NCBI GenBank assembly: GCA_965227775.1
Contig: OZ245777.1
Location: forward strand, 2,016,001-2,080,000
Direction of reading: 5' to 3'
DNA: 64,000 bases
DNA from: Phycisphaerales bacterium
GTDB taxonomy: Bacteria > Planctomycetota > Phycisphaerae > Phycisphaerales > UBA1924
Below, piece after piece: positions 18,678-29,154 of this stretch. A program made the translations under genes and the position numbers. The notes beneath the pieces were generated by a model. The model saw nothing but the letters and a program-made list of their open reading frames with translations, was not told where the DNA came from and made no database searches. Within the stretch, counting starts at the first letter, position 1, and every line of letters begins with the position of its first letter.

Positions 18678-19610
18678 CTACGGGCAACCGGCGTCGAACG
18701 CGTTCTGGAACGAGAGGAAATCGAAGATCGTCAAGGCACCGTCGCCGTCGAAGTCGGCAATAGGCGCTGCCGCGTCGAAGGCGTTCTGGAATGCCAGGAA
18801 ATCGAATACGGTCAGGGCTCCGTCACGATCCAGGTCTGGTCTGCAATCAGCCGCTGGCGGCAGCATGTCGGCCGGCCCTAACGCGCGTGCAGTAACTCGA
18901 GCAGAATCGACAGCGCCTCGGACGCCTTGAGTAGCCGAGTTCGCATTGGCAATCGCCACGCCGGGGGATCGTGTGGGATCGAGTTCGGCCATCGGTGGGC
19001 TAACGAAGCCGGTGCTCTGGGCCACCTGGAGCCCATCGATGTAGAGCCGCATCCGACCGGTGCTGGCGTCGAATGTCCCCGCGACATGAGCCCATTCGCC
19101 GAGCCCGATTGGTACGTCCGAACGAAGCGTAAACTGCGTTGTGCCATCGTGGATTTGCAGCGTGAGCCCGCCATCGTTGTTCACTCCGAGAAACCACGGA
19201 TCGAGCCCGGCGCGCCGGTCACCTCGAAACAACAAGGGTCGGATGTCGCAGCACACACTGCCGAGGGCGTCGACTCGGACGTATGCCTCGAGCGTAAATC
19301 CTGTCTGAAGTTCGAACAACGGATTGTCGGGTACGTGCACCACGCCACGTTGGTCGGGTAGCCTGAGCGCCACGGCCGAAACTTCGCCGGTTGCGTAAGT
19401 CGCTTCGCCCGATGGCGTGCCATGGAACCCATTGCCGCTGATGTCCAGCACGCTCGGTCCCGCGGCAGGCCGCTGGCCGATCACCCCCTCCTCGAAGGTC
19501 CACCATCCAACGGTCTGGGCCGAGGCAGGAGAGGACAAACCGTTGGGGACCACGACGGCAAGCAGTCCCAGCGCCCCGGCGAGAACAGCGAGTGAGCAGG
19601 TTCGTGGCAT
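18678..19610 (-). CDS. Secreted LamG/concanavalin-like protein with GC-type dockerin
   Basis: WWTFEEG, FTLEAYV, WAHVAGTFD, LYIDG; dockerin tail ending DAGCP. Confidence 0.88.
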   Translation of the reverse strand: MPRTCSLAVLAGALGLLAVVVPNGLSSPASAQTVGWWTFEEGVIGQRPAAGPSVLDISGNGFHGTPSGEATYATGEVSAVALRLPDQRGVVHVPDNPLFELQTGFTLEAYVRVDALGSVCCDIRPLLFRGDRRAGLDPWFLGVNNDGGLTLQIHDGTTQFTLRSDVPIGLGEWAHVAGTFDASTGRMRLYIDGLQVAQSTGFVSPPMAELDPTRSPGVAIANANSATQGVRGAVDSARVTARALGPADMLPPAADCRPDLDRDGALTVFDFLAFQNAFDAAAPIADFDGDGALTIFDFLSFQNAFDAGCP

Positions 19611-19628
19611 GATGGCCCTCCGGCGGCC

Positions 19629-19657
19629 AGCATAACAGAACGGCCCGCTTCATGCAA
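19629..19657 (-). promoter_or_regulatory. Sigma70-type promoter of the LamG-dockerin gene
   Basis: TTGCAT-N17-TATGCT, then GGAGG and ATG 19610. Confidence 0.6.
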
Positions 19658-19791
19658 TGCAAACTGCATGGTGCATCCCGATTCGGGCAAGGGGGCTGGG
19701 TGAAGTGGGGGCGGCGATGCGCTTGGCGGGCCTTCAGGAGCAACATCCGATCGCGATGCCATTAGAGCGGCCGCGACGCACCTGGCGTTAC

Positions 19792-21039
19792 CTAACTCGG
19801 ATCGACACCGAGGTCCCGCAGTTGTTGCTCGGCCATCTCATCGCCCAACTGGGCGGCGCGCTGGTACCACTCGATGGCCGATTCGATAGAGCGTTCCACA
19901 CCCTCGCCATGCTCGTAGCACATGCCAAGGTTGAACGCGGCGTCGGCGTGCCCTCGGTCCGCGGCCCGTCTGTACCACCGGGCCGCTTCGGCCCGGTCTC
20001 GCTCCACGCCCTCGCCCCGGTCGAAGGCGACTCCAAGGTTGTACATCGCACCCTGGTGGTGAAGCTCGGCCGCTCGGCGGTACCAAGACACGGCCTCGGC
20101 GTGGTCTTGCTCGACGCCTTCGCCGAAGTCGTACGCGATGCCAAGCTCGTACATGGCGTCGGGGTCGCCTCGATCAGCCGAGCGGCGGAACCACTCGACG
20201 GCGCGTGCCTCGTCTTCCTCCACACCCTCGCCGATCTTGTAGCAGTCGCCCAGGTTGAACATCGCTGCGGCGTGCCCAAGGTTGGAGGCCTTGCGGTACC
20301 ACACCGCCCCGGCCGCGTAGTCCTGCTCGACGCCCTCGCCCATGTCGTACATGATGCCAAGGCAGTACATGGCGTGGGCGTCGCCCAAGTTGGCGGCCTT
20401 GCGATACCAACGAACGGCGGCCTTGTCGGCGAGTGGCACGCCCAACCCATCGTCGTACGAGAGGGCTAGGTTGACCATCTGATCCACGTCACCGGCGTGC
20501 GCGTCGGCGTATTCCTGGCGGACGACATCGCGAGATTCGGACTGCCAGAGGACGGCGTCGCGGCCGGTCATGGCCATGAGGCGCGCCGACAATTCGAGCG
20601 AGACCAGACGCTGCGCCCGTGTGTCGGCATCGACTTCGGGCTCGCCTGACGGCTGGGCCATGCGGGTGAGCATGGCGGCGGCGAGGGGCGCAAGTTCCTC
20701 GTTCTTCGCGTGCACCACCGCCCAGCCGGCCGCCTGCCACAGCTCGGAGGCGGCCGCGTCAGGCCACGACAAATCGCCCAGGTGCGGGCGGAGCTGCGCG
20801 AGGATGGCCGAAGCGCGGCGGACGCGTTCGGCTCGGTCTTCCAACCTGCCGATCTCTTCGAGCGCCGCCGAGGCGCGACGCACCATTGCGTCGACCTCGG
20901 GGGGCGGGGCGGTGCGCGACTCTTGCTTCGTCGGCGGTGCAGCTTCGGGAGCTTCCGGCCGTTCAGATTGCGCAACCGCGAGCGACGCGTGGCCAAACAG
21001 CATCAAAGCCGTCGTCCAAACCAGAGATCGCGAGCGCAT
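19792..21039 (-). CDS. Secreted Sel1-repeat protein
   Basis: Signal peptide; about six A-x-x-NLG...G-x-GV...A-x-x-WY repeats. Confidence 0.9.
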   Translation of the reverse strand: MRSRSLVWTTALMLFGHASLAVAQSERPEAPEAAPPTKQESRTAPPPEVDAMVRRASAALEEIGRLEDRAERVRRASAILAQLRPHLGDLSWPDAAASELWQAAGWAVVHAKNEELAPLAAAMLTRMAQPSGEPEVDADTRAQRLVSLELSARLMAMTGRDAVLWQSESRDVVRQEYADAHAGDVDQMVNLALSYDDGLGVPLADKAAVRWYRKAANLGDAHAMYCLGIMYDMGEGVEQDYAAGAVWYRKASNLGHAAAMFNLGDCYKIGEGVEEDEARAVEWFRRSADRGDPDAMYELGIAYDFGEGVEQDHAEAVSWYRRAAELHHQGAMYNLGVAFDRGEGVERDRAEAARWYRRAADRGHADAAFNLGMCYEHGEGVERSIESAIEWYQRAAQLGDEMAEQQLRDLGVDPS

Positions 21040-21066
21040 GCTGTGCCCCTCCCTTTCCGTCGATTC

Positions 21067-21936
21067 TTACTTGCCCTTGTTGAAGAACTTCTCAATGGCC
21101 GCCTTGCCCGCCTCTTCGTGGCGCAACCGCACGAGGTGGTCGCGCTCACACTGCAGCGAGGCTTGCCAGCCGTTCTCGAGGCCGGCGCGCACGGCGTCGG
21201 CGACGGCGTGTGCCGGGCCCGATTCACCGAGTTCGCCCGCAACCGTCTCGAGCGTTTGTCGCACGGGCTCGGGCGTGCGGCCGATCCACTTCAGCGGCGC
21301 GCCGTCCCGCGTTGGCGCGGGGCCTTGGCCGCGGATCCAGTCGGCGGCCAGCTGTCGCAGGCCGCTCGCCTCCTGGGCGATGAGATCGAACATGCCCGCG
21401 TCGGCGGCGTCGGGGTAGGGCATCGGCGTGCCGGCAGCGGTGAGCTGGATCGCCTTCGCGGCGTCGATGCGTGCGGGCAGAAGGTTCGTGCCGCCCCATC
21501 CGGGGCAGATGGCCAGCCCGGCCTCGGGCAGGCCTACGGGGTAGGGCTTCGCGCCGGGCGCGCCGATCAGCCCGTCGCAGTGCATGGCCAGCTCGAGCCC
21601 GCCGCCCAGCGCAGCGCCGTTGATCGCGGCGGCGGTCCACACGGGCATCTGGTGGAACCTCGCGAAGACCGACGCTCCAAACTCGAGGTACGCGTGCAAA
21701 TCGGCATCGGAGAGATCGCGCACGGCCTTGAGATCAGCCCCCGCCACGAACACCTTCTCCGAAGCACTGGCAAGCACGACGCCCGCGACGCCGTCGAGGT
21801 CGAGGCCGGAGAGCGTGGCATCGAGGGCCTCGAGCAACGGGCGGTCGAGCACGACGACAGGGGCGTCCTGTGTGAGCTCGACGACGAGGATCGGTGTGCC
21901 GCGGTCGTCGGTGTGGACGGGCAGTAGGGTGGTCAT
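21067..21936 (-). CDS. Enoyl-CoA hydratase/isomerase family protein
   Basis: FVAGADL, INGAALGGGLELA, GLPEAGL..PGWGG. Confidence 0.9.
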   Translation of the reverse strand: MTTLLPVHTDDRGTPILVVELTQDAPVVVLDRPLLEALDATLSGLDLDGVAGVVLASASEKVFVAGADLKAVRDLSDADLHAYLEFGASVFARFHQMPVWTAAAINGAALGGGLELAMHCDGLIGAPGAKPYPVGLPEAGLAICPGWGGTNLLPARIDAAKAIQLTAAGTPMPYPDAADAGMFDLIAQEASGLRQLAADWIRGQGPAPTRDGAPLKWIGRTPEPVRQTLETVAGELGESGPAHAVADAVRAGLENGWQASLQCERDHLVRLRHEEAGKAAIEKFFNKGK

Positions 21937-22032
21937 GGAAGGGCCTCCGCAGGGGGAAAGAGTGCGGAGCGAGTCTAAGCCCGGGCAAGCGCGCAGGCTT
22001 GAAACGCCCATGCTCACTGTCCAGCATTCCGC

Positions 22033-22323
22033 ATGGACCGACCACCCGAGTCGATCGACGGAGCGCGCGTCGTCCGCTGGACGCGCATCGATGGCCGGCA
22101 CCGTTTCACAGGCGCATGTGCACACATCGTCGGCGGCTCAACCCAGGGGCCCGCAGCCGGGCTAGCGATCTGCCAGTATGAAGCTGAGTCGGCGTACTAC
22201 CTGTTTGGTTGCTATGAAGAGTGGAACTCGGTGACGGATACCTATCACGACACGCTCCAGGATGCGATGGGCCAGGCAGAGTTCGAGTACGAAGGCGTGA
22301 CCGAGACGTGGATGGCCGCGTAG
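22033..22323 (+). CDS. Small hypothetical protein
   Basis: 96-aa ORF with globular composition (YYLFGC...W...DT...QAEFEY). Confidence 0.7.
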   Translation: MDRPPESIDGARVVRWTRIDGRHRFTGACAHIVGGSTQGPAAGLAICQYEAESAYYLFGCYEEWNSVTDTYHDTLQDAMGQAEFEYEGVTETWMAA

Positions 22324-22344
22324 GCGCCGGTCGCGCTTCACACG

Positions 22345-22371
22345 AAAAAACCCGGGCTCACACCCGGGCTT
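22345..22371 (-). terminator. Rho-independent terminator after the OmpA/MotB gene
   Basis: Minus strand reads AGCCCGGG-TGTGAG-CCCGGG-TTTTTT. Confidence 0.7.
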
Positions 22372-22394
22372 GCGAGTTCTAGGACACCAATCGT

Positions 22395-23276
22395 TTACTT
22401 ATCGATCGGGCCACGGCCGCTCGTGCCGCGGGCGTCGTCGATGGGAGCATCGATCGTGCTGGGCACGGAGACGAATCCGCTGCTGCCGGTTCCGGTGCTT
22501 TGGCGGATAAAGATCTCCACGCGGCGGTTCTGCGGCGTGCCACCCGTCGAACTGTTGGGCACGAGCGGGCGATGCTCGCCCCAGCCGCTGGCCTGGATCT
22601 GGCTCGCTGGCAGGCCCATGTTCACGAGCTGGCGTCGCACCGAGATGGCGCGGTGAGCGCTCAGGTGCATGTTGGTCGGGTGGCGCTGCGCCGTGCTCGG
22701 GCTGATGCGCTCGCTGTCGGTGTGGCCGATGATCTCGAGCTCGTAGCCGGTGGCTTCCGGGGCCTTGAGGATCTCGGCCAGGTCGCCCAGGCTCTGCTGG
22801 CCTTCTGCGGTCACGGCATCGCTGCCGCTGGCGAACGTCAGATCGCTGCTGAACCGCAGCATGCCACGATCCGGGTCATACACGATGCGGCCGGCGTACT
22901 TGCGGGCCAGGTCGCGCAGGGCCTGGTCGGTGCGGCGGTCGAGGCCCATGAGGGCCACGCTGTCGACCTGCTCGCCGAGCTCTCGGAGCCGACGCTCCAT
23001 CTCGGTCAGGTTGTCCTGGGCGCCCGCGAGGGCCTGGTTAGCCTGCGCGGCAGCGGCCTCTGCCTGCTGACGTAGGCGGCGCTCGTTGGCGAGCTGGCCG
23101 TCATAGCTGCCGCTCTGCTGCTCAAGCTGGGCCAGCTGGTCGCGCAGGAGGCGGTTGTCACGCTCGGCCGCGTCGAAGCGGCTCTGGCTCACGCAGCCGC
23201 CGAGGGTTGAAAGGGCGATGCTGCCCAGGGTGAGCAGGGCGAGCGAACGGGTGATGGTCTTCGAACTGCCGGTCAT
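22395..23276 (-). CDS. OmpA/MotB-domain lipoprotein with coiled coil
   Basis: GGAGG RBS, lipobox LGGC, coiled coil, GHTD, LSAHRA, NRRVEI. Confidence 0.9.
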   Translation of the reverse strand: MTGSSKTITRSLALLTLGSIALSTLGGCVSQSRFDAAERDNRLLRDQLAQLEQQSGSYDGQLANERRLRQQAEAAAAQANQALAGAQDNLTEMERRLRELGEQVDSVALMGLDRRTDQALRDLARKYAGRIVYDPDRGMLRFSSDLTFASGSDAVTAEGQQSLGDLAEILKAPEATGYELEIIGHTDSERISPSTAQRHPTNMHLSAHRAISVRRQLVNMGLPASQIQASGWGEHRPLVPNSSTGGTPQNRRVEIFIRQSTGTGSSGFVSVPSTIDAPIDDARGTSGRGPIDK

Positions 23277-23406
23277 CTGGATCCTCCGTGCTTGTACCGG
23301 CCGTGTGGCCCGGTCGATCGGTCCCGCGTCGCGGCGGGTGCGTGCCCGGTCCATTCCGGGCGATTGCGTGCGTGGGCGATGCGCGCCGTTCGTACTATCG
23401 GAGTGC

Positions 23407-24756
23407 ATGCACGAAGCCCATCACACAAGCGACGACGCAGACGCGAAGCGTGGTTCCTCCACCGACCCCGCGAAAACTGCGCAATCACGATATGCCGCCT
23501 CGGGTGAGTCCGGGCGTGTTTTCTCGGTGCGATGCGCAGGAATTGCCGACGCTCGCGGCACGGTGCGCGCAAGCGACAGCCTGCTCGTACAAACGACAGG
23601 CACGCGGGCCCGGCGCGTGCTGGCCATTGGGACCCGAGCCGATGTTCGTGCCCACCCGGCGTGGGCTTCGGCCGAGCATCTCGACCTGCCCGATCGAATC
23701 CTCGCCCCAGCCCTGGTCAACGCCCACGCCCATCTCGACCTCACGCACATCGGTCCCCAGCCGATGGGCGAGGGGGGCTTCGCTGCGTGGATCGACATGG
23801 TGCGCCGCGGGCGGCTCGCGGACGAAGGGGCGATCGCCGCCAGCGTGCTCCAGGGTGTCGACTTGCTGCTCAGGGGCGGCACGGTTGCTGTGGGAGACAT
23901 CGCCGGATCGGTGAACGGGGCACCCTCGATCGCACCCGCCCGCGTGCTGGATGAGGCCGAGATGTCAGGTGTCTCATTTCTCGAGTTCTTCGGGCTATCC
24001 GTGGACGGTTCACCCGGGGTCGATGCCGCGTTGGAGCGAGCCGCCGGCGTTCAACCAGACACGGTCCAACTGGGACTGAGCCCGCACGCACCCTACTCAG
24101 TCTCGCTAGGCGGATATGCCCGGGCACGCGAGGCCGGGCTCCCGATCTGCACCCACCTCGCCGAAAGCCTGTCGGAGCGCGCGATGATCGCCGAGGCGAC
24201 TGGGCCCATCCGCCACTTCCTCGAGGGTCTCGGGCAGTGGACCCCCGAGATCGCCGCCCAATTCGGCTCGGGCAAGAGCCCTGTCGAGTTCACCGCACCC
24301 GTGCTCGATGGGGCCTTGACCGTCCACTTGAACGACCTGGACGACGCCGACATCGACTGTCTTGCCCGCATCGGGGCCCGCGCCGCGTATTGCCCCAGGG
24401 CATCGACGTACTTTGGCGCGCCCGAGGCGTTCGGGGCGCACCGCTACCAAGAGCTCCTGCGAGCGGGCGTTCCCGTGGCGCTGGGGACCGATTCGGTGAT
24501 CAACCTACCTTCCACAGATGTCGCGGACCGCGGCATTTGCGTTCTCGATGAGGCGCGATTGCTCCTCGAACGCGACGGCGCTGACTCATCTGACATACTC
24601 GAAATGCTGTACCGCCATGCTCCAATGGTGCTGGGCTTGCCTGAGCAGGTGTTGCAAGCGGAGTCCGAGGTGCTGGGGCTCATTGCGGTCACGTGCGGTT
24701 CGGGTGAAGCCGGACTTGGGTTGGTGGCATCCCTGGGCCCAATCGCGTTCCTGTAG
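23407..24756 (+). CDS. Amidohydrolase (aminodeoxyfutalosine/MTA-SAH deaminase-like); start uncertain
   Basis: NAHAHLD, SPHAPYS, HLAES, LGTDS metal-binding motifs. Confidence 0.85.
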   Translation: MHEAHHTSDDADAKRGSSTDPAKTAQSRYAASGESGRVFSVRCAGIADARGTVRASDSLLVQTTGTRARRVLAIGTRADVRAHPAWASAEHLDLPDRILAPALVNAHAHLDLTHIGPQPMGEGGFAAWIDMVRRGRLADEGAIAASVLQGVDLLLRGGTVAVGDIAGSVNGAPSIAPARVLDEAEMSGVSFLEFFGLSVDGSPGVDAALERAAGVQPDTVQLGLSPHAPYSVSLGGYARAREAGLPICTHLAESLSERAMIAEATGPIRHFLEGLGQWTPEIAAQFGSGKSPVEFTAPVLDGALTVHLNDLDDADIDCLARIGARAAYCPRASTYFGAPEAFGAHRYQELLRAGVPVALGTDSVINLPSTDVADRGICVLDEARLLLERDGADSSDILEMLYRHAPMVLGLPEQVLQAESEVLGLIAVTCGSGEAGLGLVASLGPIAFL

Positions 24757-24831
24757 CGGGAGAGTTTTTCCGGCTTCGCAGGAATGATCCCGGGGTCTCG
24801 AACCTACCATCCGACGGGCCCAGGAGTCGCA

Positions 24832-27354
24832 ATGAGTCGCAAATGGCAGCAGGTCAAGCGATGGGACGACGAGCACCTGACAGGAGTGCTGACGCCCGTT
24901 CGTCTAGTGCTGCGGCTCTTCAGCAGCGTGCTGTTCGGCGTGGGCTTGCTGGTGATTGTCGCGATCTACGGTGCGCTGGCGAGCCTCCCGGTTGGGCTGC
25001 TGGTCGATGGCCTGACGTGGGCGGTCTACGGGCTCACGCTGATTCTCGCGATGGCGCTCCTTGCTGCGCCGCTCATGGTGGGCACGAGGCTCGCCACGCG
25101 TGGTAGCGAACGCGGGTGGCGGTTCTTCTTTATGCTCTCGGCGCTGCTTGTCGGCTCCGGCATCGCGATGGTGGGGTGGTACCACCTCGCGTGGCCGATG
25201 CTCAGATACGAGCCGGCGACCGGCGAGGGCTTCCGCGTGCTCGGCTCGGTTTCGGACCAGTACGCCGACGTGACGGTGCGCCGCCTGCCGTTCTTCGAGA
25301 TGACCGAGCTTGAGTTCTACTCGTGGTGGCCGCTGCGGGTGGTGCTCGTGCTCTTCGTGCTGACGATGATCGTGAGCACGGTGCGGCGCATCGCCTTCAA
25401 CTTGCCAAACCTCGGCGTGCTGACGGTTCACACGGGCATCATCCTGCTCGGGCTTGGCAGCATCTACTACGGTTCGATGAAGCTCGAGGGTGATGTGCTG
25501 CTTCTCGCGGGCCCGACCGGTCGCGATGGCATGCCGTCCGATGGGCCGCCGCAGGCTGGGTTCTACGACCGGGGCCAGGTCGCGCTCTGGGTCAGCCAGG
25601 GCCGCGGTTGGGACCAGCGCTTGCTCAGCGGGGTACCGCGGTACAACGCGTACGACCTTCGCGCGGGTCTTGGCGAGAGTGCGCTCGAAACCGCGGAGGT
25701 CATCCGGCCGCTCGAGGTGCCGGATCGCACGCTGGATGTTGCCGTGCCGCAGACACTCACCGGCGTAAGCGATCCCGACGTGGGATTGCGCATCATTGGC
25801 TACGCGCCGTATGCCGATGCACGCACGGACTGGACGCCCGCGGCTGCAATTGATGCCGACGCCAATCCGGTGCACTTCGTCGAATTCTTCAGCGACGTGA
25901 CGCCTGAGGGCGAGCTGGTCCCGAGCGATCGCCCGCTGTTCCGCTTCTACTTCGTACCCAATCTTCCGCGGCTGCGAGTGTCGCAGCTGCCGTTCATCGC
26001 GATCGAGTATCGCAAGGGCCTCGATGAGCAAACCTGGAGAGAAGTGACCGCCCCCGCGCCGTCGGCCGCTCGCCATGCGCTAGCCATCACCATGCCGGGC
26101 GAGCAGACGCCGACGATCGTTCCGGTGACTGAAGGGTTGGCCTTCGAGTGGGGCGGGCTTGGCTTCGAGGTCGAGCAGCTGCTGCCCGAGCCGCCGTTCC
26201 CGATCATCACGCCGGGCTTTGAGGAATCGACCAGTAGCGTTGCGATCGTCAAGATCACCAGTAACGACGACGAGATCACGCGTTGGGTCTACAGCCGCTT
26301 CCCCGAGATCAGCCAGGACCTGCGTGAAGGAGAGCGGGAAGGGGATCAAGCCGACGGTCGCCCGAATCGTGAGAATGCCGACGACACGCTGGTCCGCGTG
26401 CGATACCTCGACCTCACGGGGCTGCACGTCATCTTCGACGACCGCGGCGATGGGCGCACTCGGGTGGCGATCCGCCAGCCGGGCAACACGGTGCGCGTGC
26501 TCGAAGACGCACCAATCGGCGAGCGATTCGAGATCGTCCAAGGCCTGGGCTTGCGACGGAGTGAGTCGTGGCCGCACGCGGTGGAGGTCGAGCGGCCGAT
26601 CCCGGTGCCCGAGATCGATCGAGAGGGAGAATTTATTGGCACGCACGATCGGGCGATGGTGGCCGTCGAGGTCTCGCTGGGCGACTGGTCCCGAGTCGTG
26701 TGGCTGCCGTTCATGAAGTACCTGAACGTCGGTCAGGAGGAAGCGACGCGCCTCGAGTTGCCCGACGGACGAAGCATCCGGCTGGCTTTCGCGCGTGCTC
26801 GACGTTCGCTGCCGGGATTCCAGATCCGCATGGTCGGTTTCGAGATGGTTGCGTACGACCACCGAGGCGCCCCGCGCGACTACCGGTCGACTATCCACGT
26901 GGAGCCAAGCGGGACGAATCAGTGGTTCGAGCCGTACACCCGCAAGACCCAATTGAATGCGCCCCTTCGCGCGCCGTTCGTATGGAGTGACGAGCGTGGC
27001 ATTGTTGCCAACGTGCTGGGATTCGTCGGGTCTCGGCTCGATCCGGCACAGTTCAAGTTCGCCCAGGCTGGGTGGGACGCCCAGGGCTGGGAGCGCACGC
27101 AGGCGCTGGCAGACGAGGGCGTGATTCCCGAGCCCTACGCCCAGTTCACGATCCTGCACGTGGGCAACAACCCAGGCATCCACGTGATTGCGCTCGGTGG
27201 TGTCTTGATGGGGGTCGGCGTGCCTTGGGCGTTCTATGTCAAGCCGTGGATGCTCAAGCGTCGCAAGGAGAAGCTGGCCGCCGAGCACGCGGCGCGCCGC
27301 CGTGAGAAGATTGAGCCGACGTTGGAGACGTCGCTGCAGAAGGAGACGGCATGA
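24832..27354 (+). CDS. ResB/CcsB-like cytochrome c biogenesis membrane protein
   Basis: N-terminal TMs with conserved His (VLTVHTG), large periplasmic region, NxPL and NPG-TM-W near the C-terminus; overlaps ccsA. Confidence 0.75.
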   Translation: MSRKWQQVKRWDDEHLTGVLTPVRLVLRLFSSVLFGVGLLVIVAIYGALASLPVGLLVDGLTWAVYGLTLILAMALLAAPLMVGTRLATRGSERGWRFFFMLSALLVGSGIAMVGWYHLAWPMLRYEPATGEGFRVLGSVSDQYADVTVRRLPFFEMTELEFYSWWPLRVVLVLFVLTMIVSTVRRIAFNLPNLGVLTVHTGIILLGLGSIYYGSMKLEGDVLLLAGPTGRDGMPSDGPPQAGFYDRGQVALWVSQGRGWDQRLLSGVPRYNAYDLRAGLGESALETAEVIRPLEVPDRTLDVAVPQTLTGVSDPDVGLRIIGYAPYADARTDWTPAAAIDADANPVHFVEFFSDVTPEGELVPSDRPLFRFYFVPNLPRLRVSQLPFIAIEYRKGLDEQTWREVTAPAPSAARHALAITMPGEQTPTIVPVTEGLAFEWGGLGFEVEQLLPEPPFPIITPGFEESTSSVAIVKITSNDDEITRWVYSRFPEISQDLREGEREGDQADGRPNRENADDTLVRVRYLDLTGLHVIFDDRGDGRTRVAIRQPGNTVRVLEDAPIGERFEIVQGLGLRRSESWPHAVEVERPIPVPEIDREGEFIGTHDRAMVAVEVSLGDWSRVVWLPFMKYLNVGQEEATRLELPDGRSIRLAFARARRSLPGFQIRMVGFEMVAYDHRGAPRDYRSTIHVEPSGTNQWFEPYTRKTQLNAPLRAPFVWSDERGIVANVLGFVGSRLDPAQFKFAQAGWDAQGWERTQALADEGVIPEPYAQFTILHVGNNPGIHVIALGGVLMGVGVPWAFYVKPWMLKRRKEKLAAEHAARRREKIEPTLETSLQKETA

Positions 27355-29144
27355 CCCGCGTGGTCCTGGCAATCTTGGTTACGCTGCTCGTCACGTGCTC
27401 GGCCCTTGGGCAACTCGAGCCCGCGGGCAACCAGCATCCCGAGGCGAGCGCGGATGTCGATGCGCATGGCCACGATGCGCCGTTTGGTCAGCCGCTGAGC
27501 ATCCGTCAACGCGTCGACCGGACGCCGGAGGAAAAGGCCGCGTTCGCATCGGCGGTCAACCTCGGACCGCTCCGCGTGACGGCTGTGTTCCACAACGGCC
27601 GCGTCAAGATCCTCGACACGCTCGCGCTGGAGATGATGCGAACGCTGACCGGTCGCGAGCGGTTCGAGGACCTCGTGCTGGCCGATGGCGCAACACCGCT
27701 GTCTGCCGGGGAGGATCGGTACGCTCTTGCCGATCCTGAGCGATTCGACAAGGCACGGTTCGACCCGCTGTTCGTGCTGCTCGATCTTTCGATCGATCCC
27801 GTGCACTACGCGGACAGGCCCCTGATCGCGATCGACTACCTTCCGGTACGCGAGTACTTTCTCGACGCGGCATTCCCAAACGACCCCGACCGCCGCGACC
27901 TGTGGCTGCGAATGACACGCGTCAGCCCGATCATGGTGGAAACGCTCGCCCAGCCGATCTTCGAGCGTTACGGGCACCTTGAGCCAGTGCGTCGGTCGTT
28001 GGGCGAGGCCGACAACGCCCTTCGCGTGGCGGCCGGGGCTGGGGCGATGCTCCGTGTGGTCGCCCCAGAGACCAACGAGCAGCAGTGGGTGCACATCGAG
28101 GACCTGCCCGAGAGCCATCCGGCCCGTGTCGCGGCGATGGAGCTTGGTCGTGCGTGGCGCGATCTTGACGCGGACGCCGCCAATGCCGCCATCGCCGATC
28201 TTTCGCGCGAGCTTGCTGCGATCAATCCGCAGACGCACCCGGTGAGTCGCGCGCGGATGGAGCTGGCGTACAACAACGGCGACTTCTTCGACATCGGCAT
28301 GTGGGCCTATGGCCTGAGCTTCCTCGCGCTCGTGCTGGCGTTCGGCACCGGGCGACGCTGGCTCATCGGTGCGGGCGTGGGCCTCCTGGTCGGCGCTGTG
28401 CTGCTGCACGCGATCGGATTCACGCTGCGGTGCCTTGTGGCCGAGCGGTTCGCGATCCAGAATCAGTTCGAGTCAATGGTGGGATTGAGCCTGTTCGCGG
28501 CGGTCGTGGCCGTCGGGCTCATGCTCGTGAAGCGGCAGTGGCTGTTCGGCGCGGCGGCGGCGGGCGTTGGCTTCCTTGTGCTCATCGCGGCGACGCAGAC
28601 GGCGATCCCCGGTCAAACGATCGGCCGCGAGGCGGCCATCCTGAACACGAGCGTGCTCCTGAAGTACCACGTGACCATCGTGCTGGTGAGCTACGGGCTC
28701 ATTACGGTGGGCTTCCTGTGCAGTGTGTTCTACCTGCTCGTGTCGCTCATGAGCCGGCGTCAGTCAGCGCGCGAGGCGGTGGCGGTCGCACTCCACGGCG
28801 AGGCATCGGTCGCGAAGGACACGACGCTCGCGCGCACGCTCGACGACCTGGACAAGGCGCAGATGACCGCGCTGCAGCTTGCCTTCTGGACGCTCGGCGT
28901 TGGCATTCTGCTCGGCGCGTGGTGGGCCGATCACTCGTGGGGCCGCTGGTGGGCGTGGGACCCGAAGGAGACGTGGGCCCTCATTACGTGGATCGTGTAC
29001 CTCATCGTGATCCACGTCCGGCTGATCATGGGGCAGGGCAAGGCGCTGCTCACGGCGTGGCTGAGCGTGGCTGGCTTCGGCATCATGCTGTGGACGTACT
29101 TCGGCGTCAACCTGCTGCTGGCGGGGCTGCACGCGTACGCATGA
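27351..29144 (+). CDS. ccsA: Cytochrome c biogenesis protein CcsA (system II) with N-terminal soluble domain
   Basis: WWADHSWGRWWAWDPKETW motif; GLHAYA C-terminus. Confidence 0.93.
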   Translation: MTRVVLAILVTLLVTCSALGQLEPAGNQHPEASADVDAHGHDAPFGQPLSIRQRVDRTPEEKAAFASAVNLGPLRVTAVFHNGRVKILDTLALEMMRTLTGRERFEDLVLADGATPLSAGEDRYALADPERFDKARFDPLFVLLDLSIDPVHYADRPLIAIDYLPVREYFLDAAFPNDPDRRDLWLRMTRVSPIMVETLAQPIFERYGHLEPVRRSLGEADNALRVAAGAGAMLRVVAPETNEQQWVHIEDLPESHPARVAAMELGRAWRDLDADAANAAIADLSRELAAINPQTHPVSRARMELAYNNGDFFDIGMWAYGLSFLALVLAFGTGRRWLIGAGVGLLVGAVLLHAIGFTLRCLVAERFAIQNQFESMVGLSLFAAVVAVGLMLVKRQWLFGAAAAGVGFLVLIAATQTAIPGQTIGREAAILNTSVLLKYHVTIVLVSYGLITVGFLCSVFYLLVSLMSRRQSAREAVAVALHGEASVAKDTTLARTLDDLDKAQMTALQLAFWTLGVGILLGAWWADHSWGRWWAWDPKETWALITWIVYLIVIHVRLIMGQGKALLTAWLSVAGFGIMLWTYFGVNLLLAGLHAYA

Positions 29145-29154
29145 GTCTGATCGC

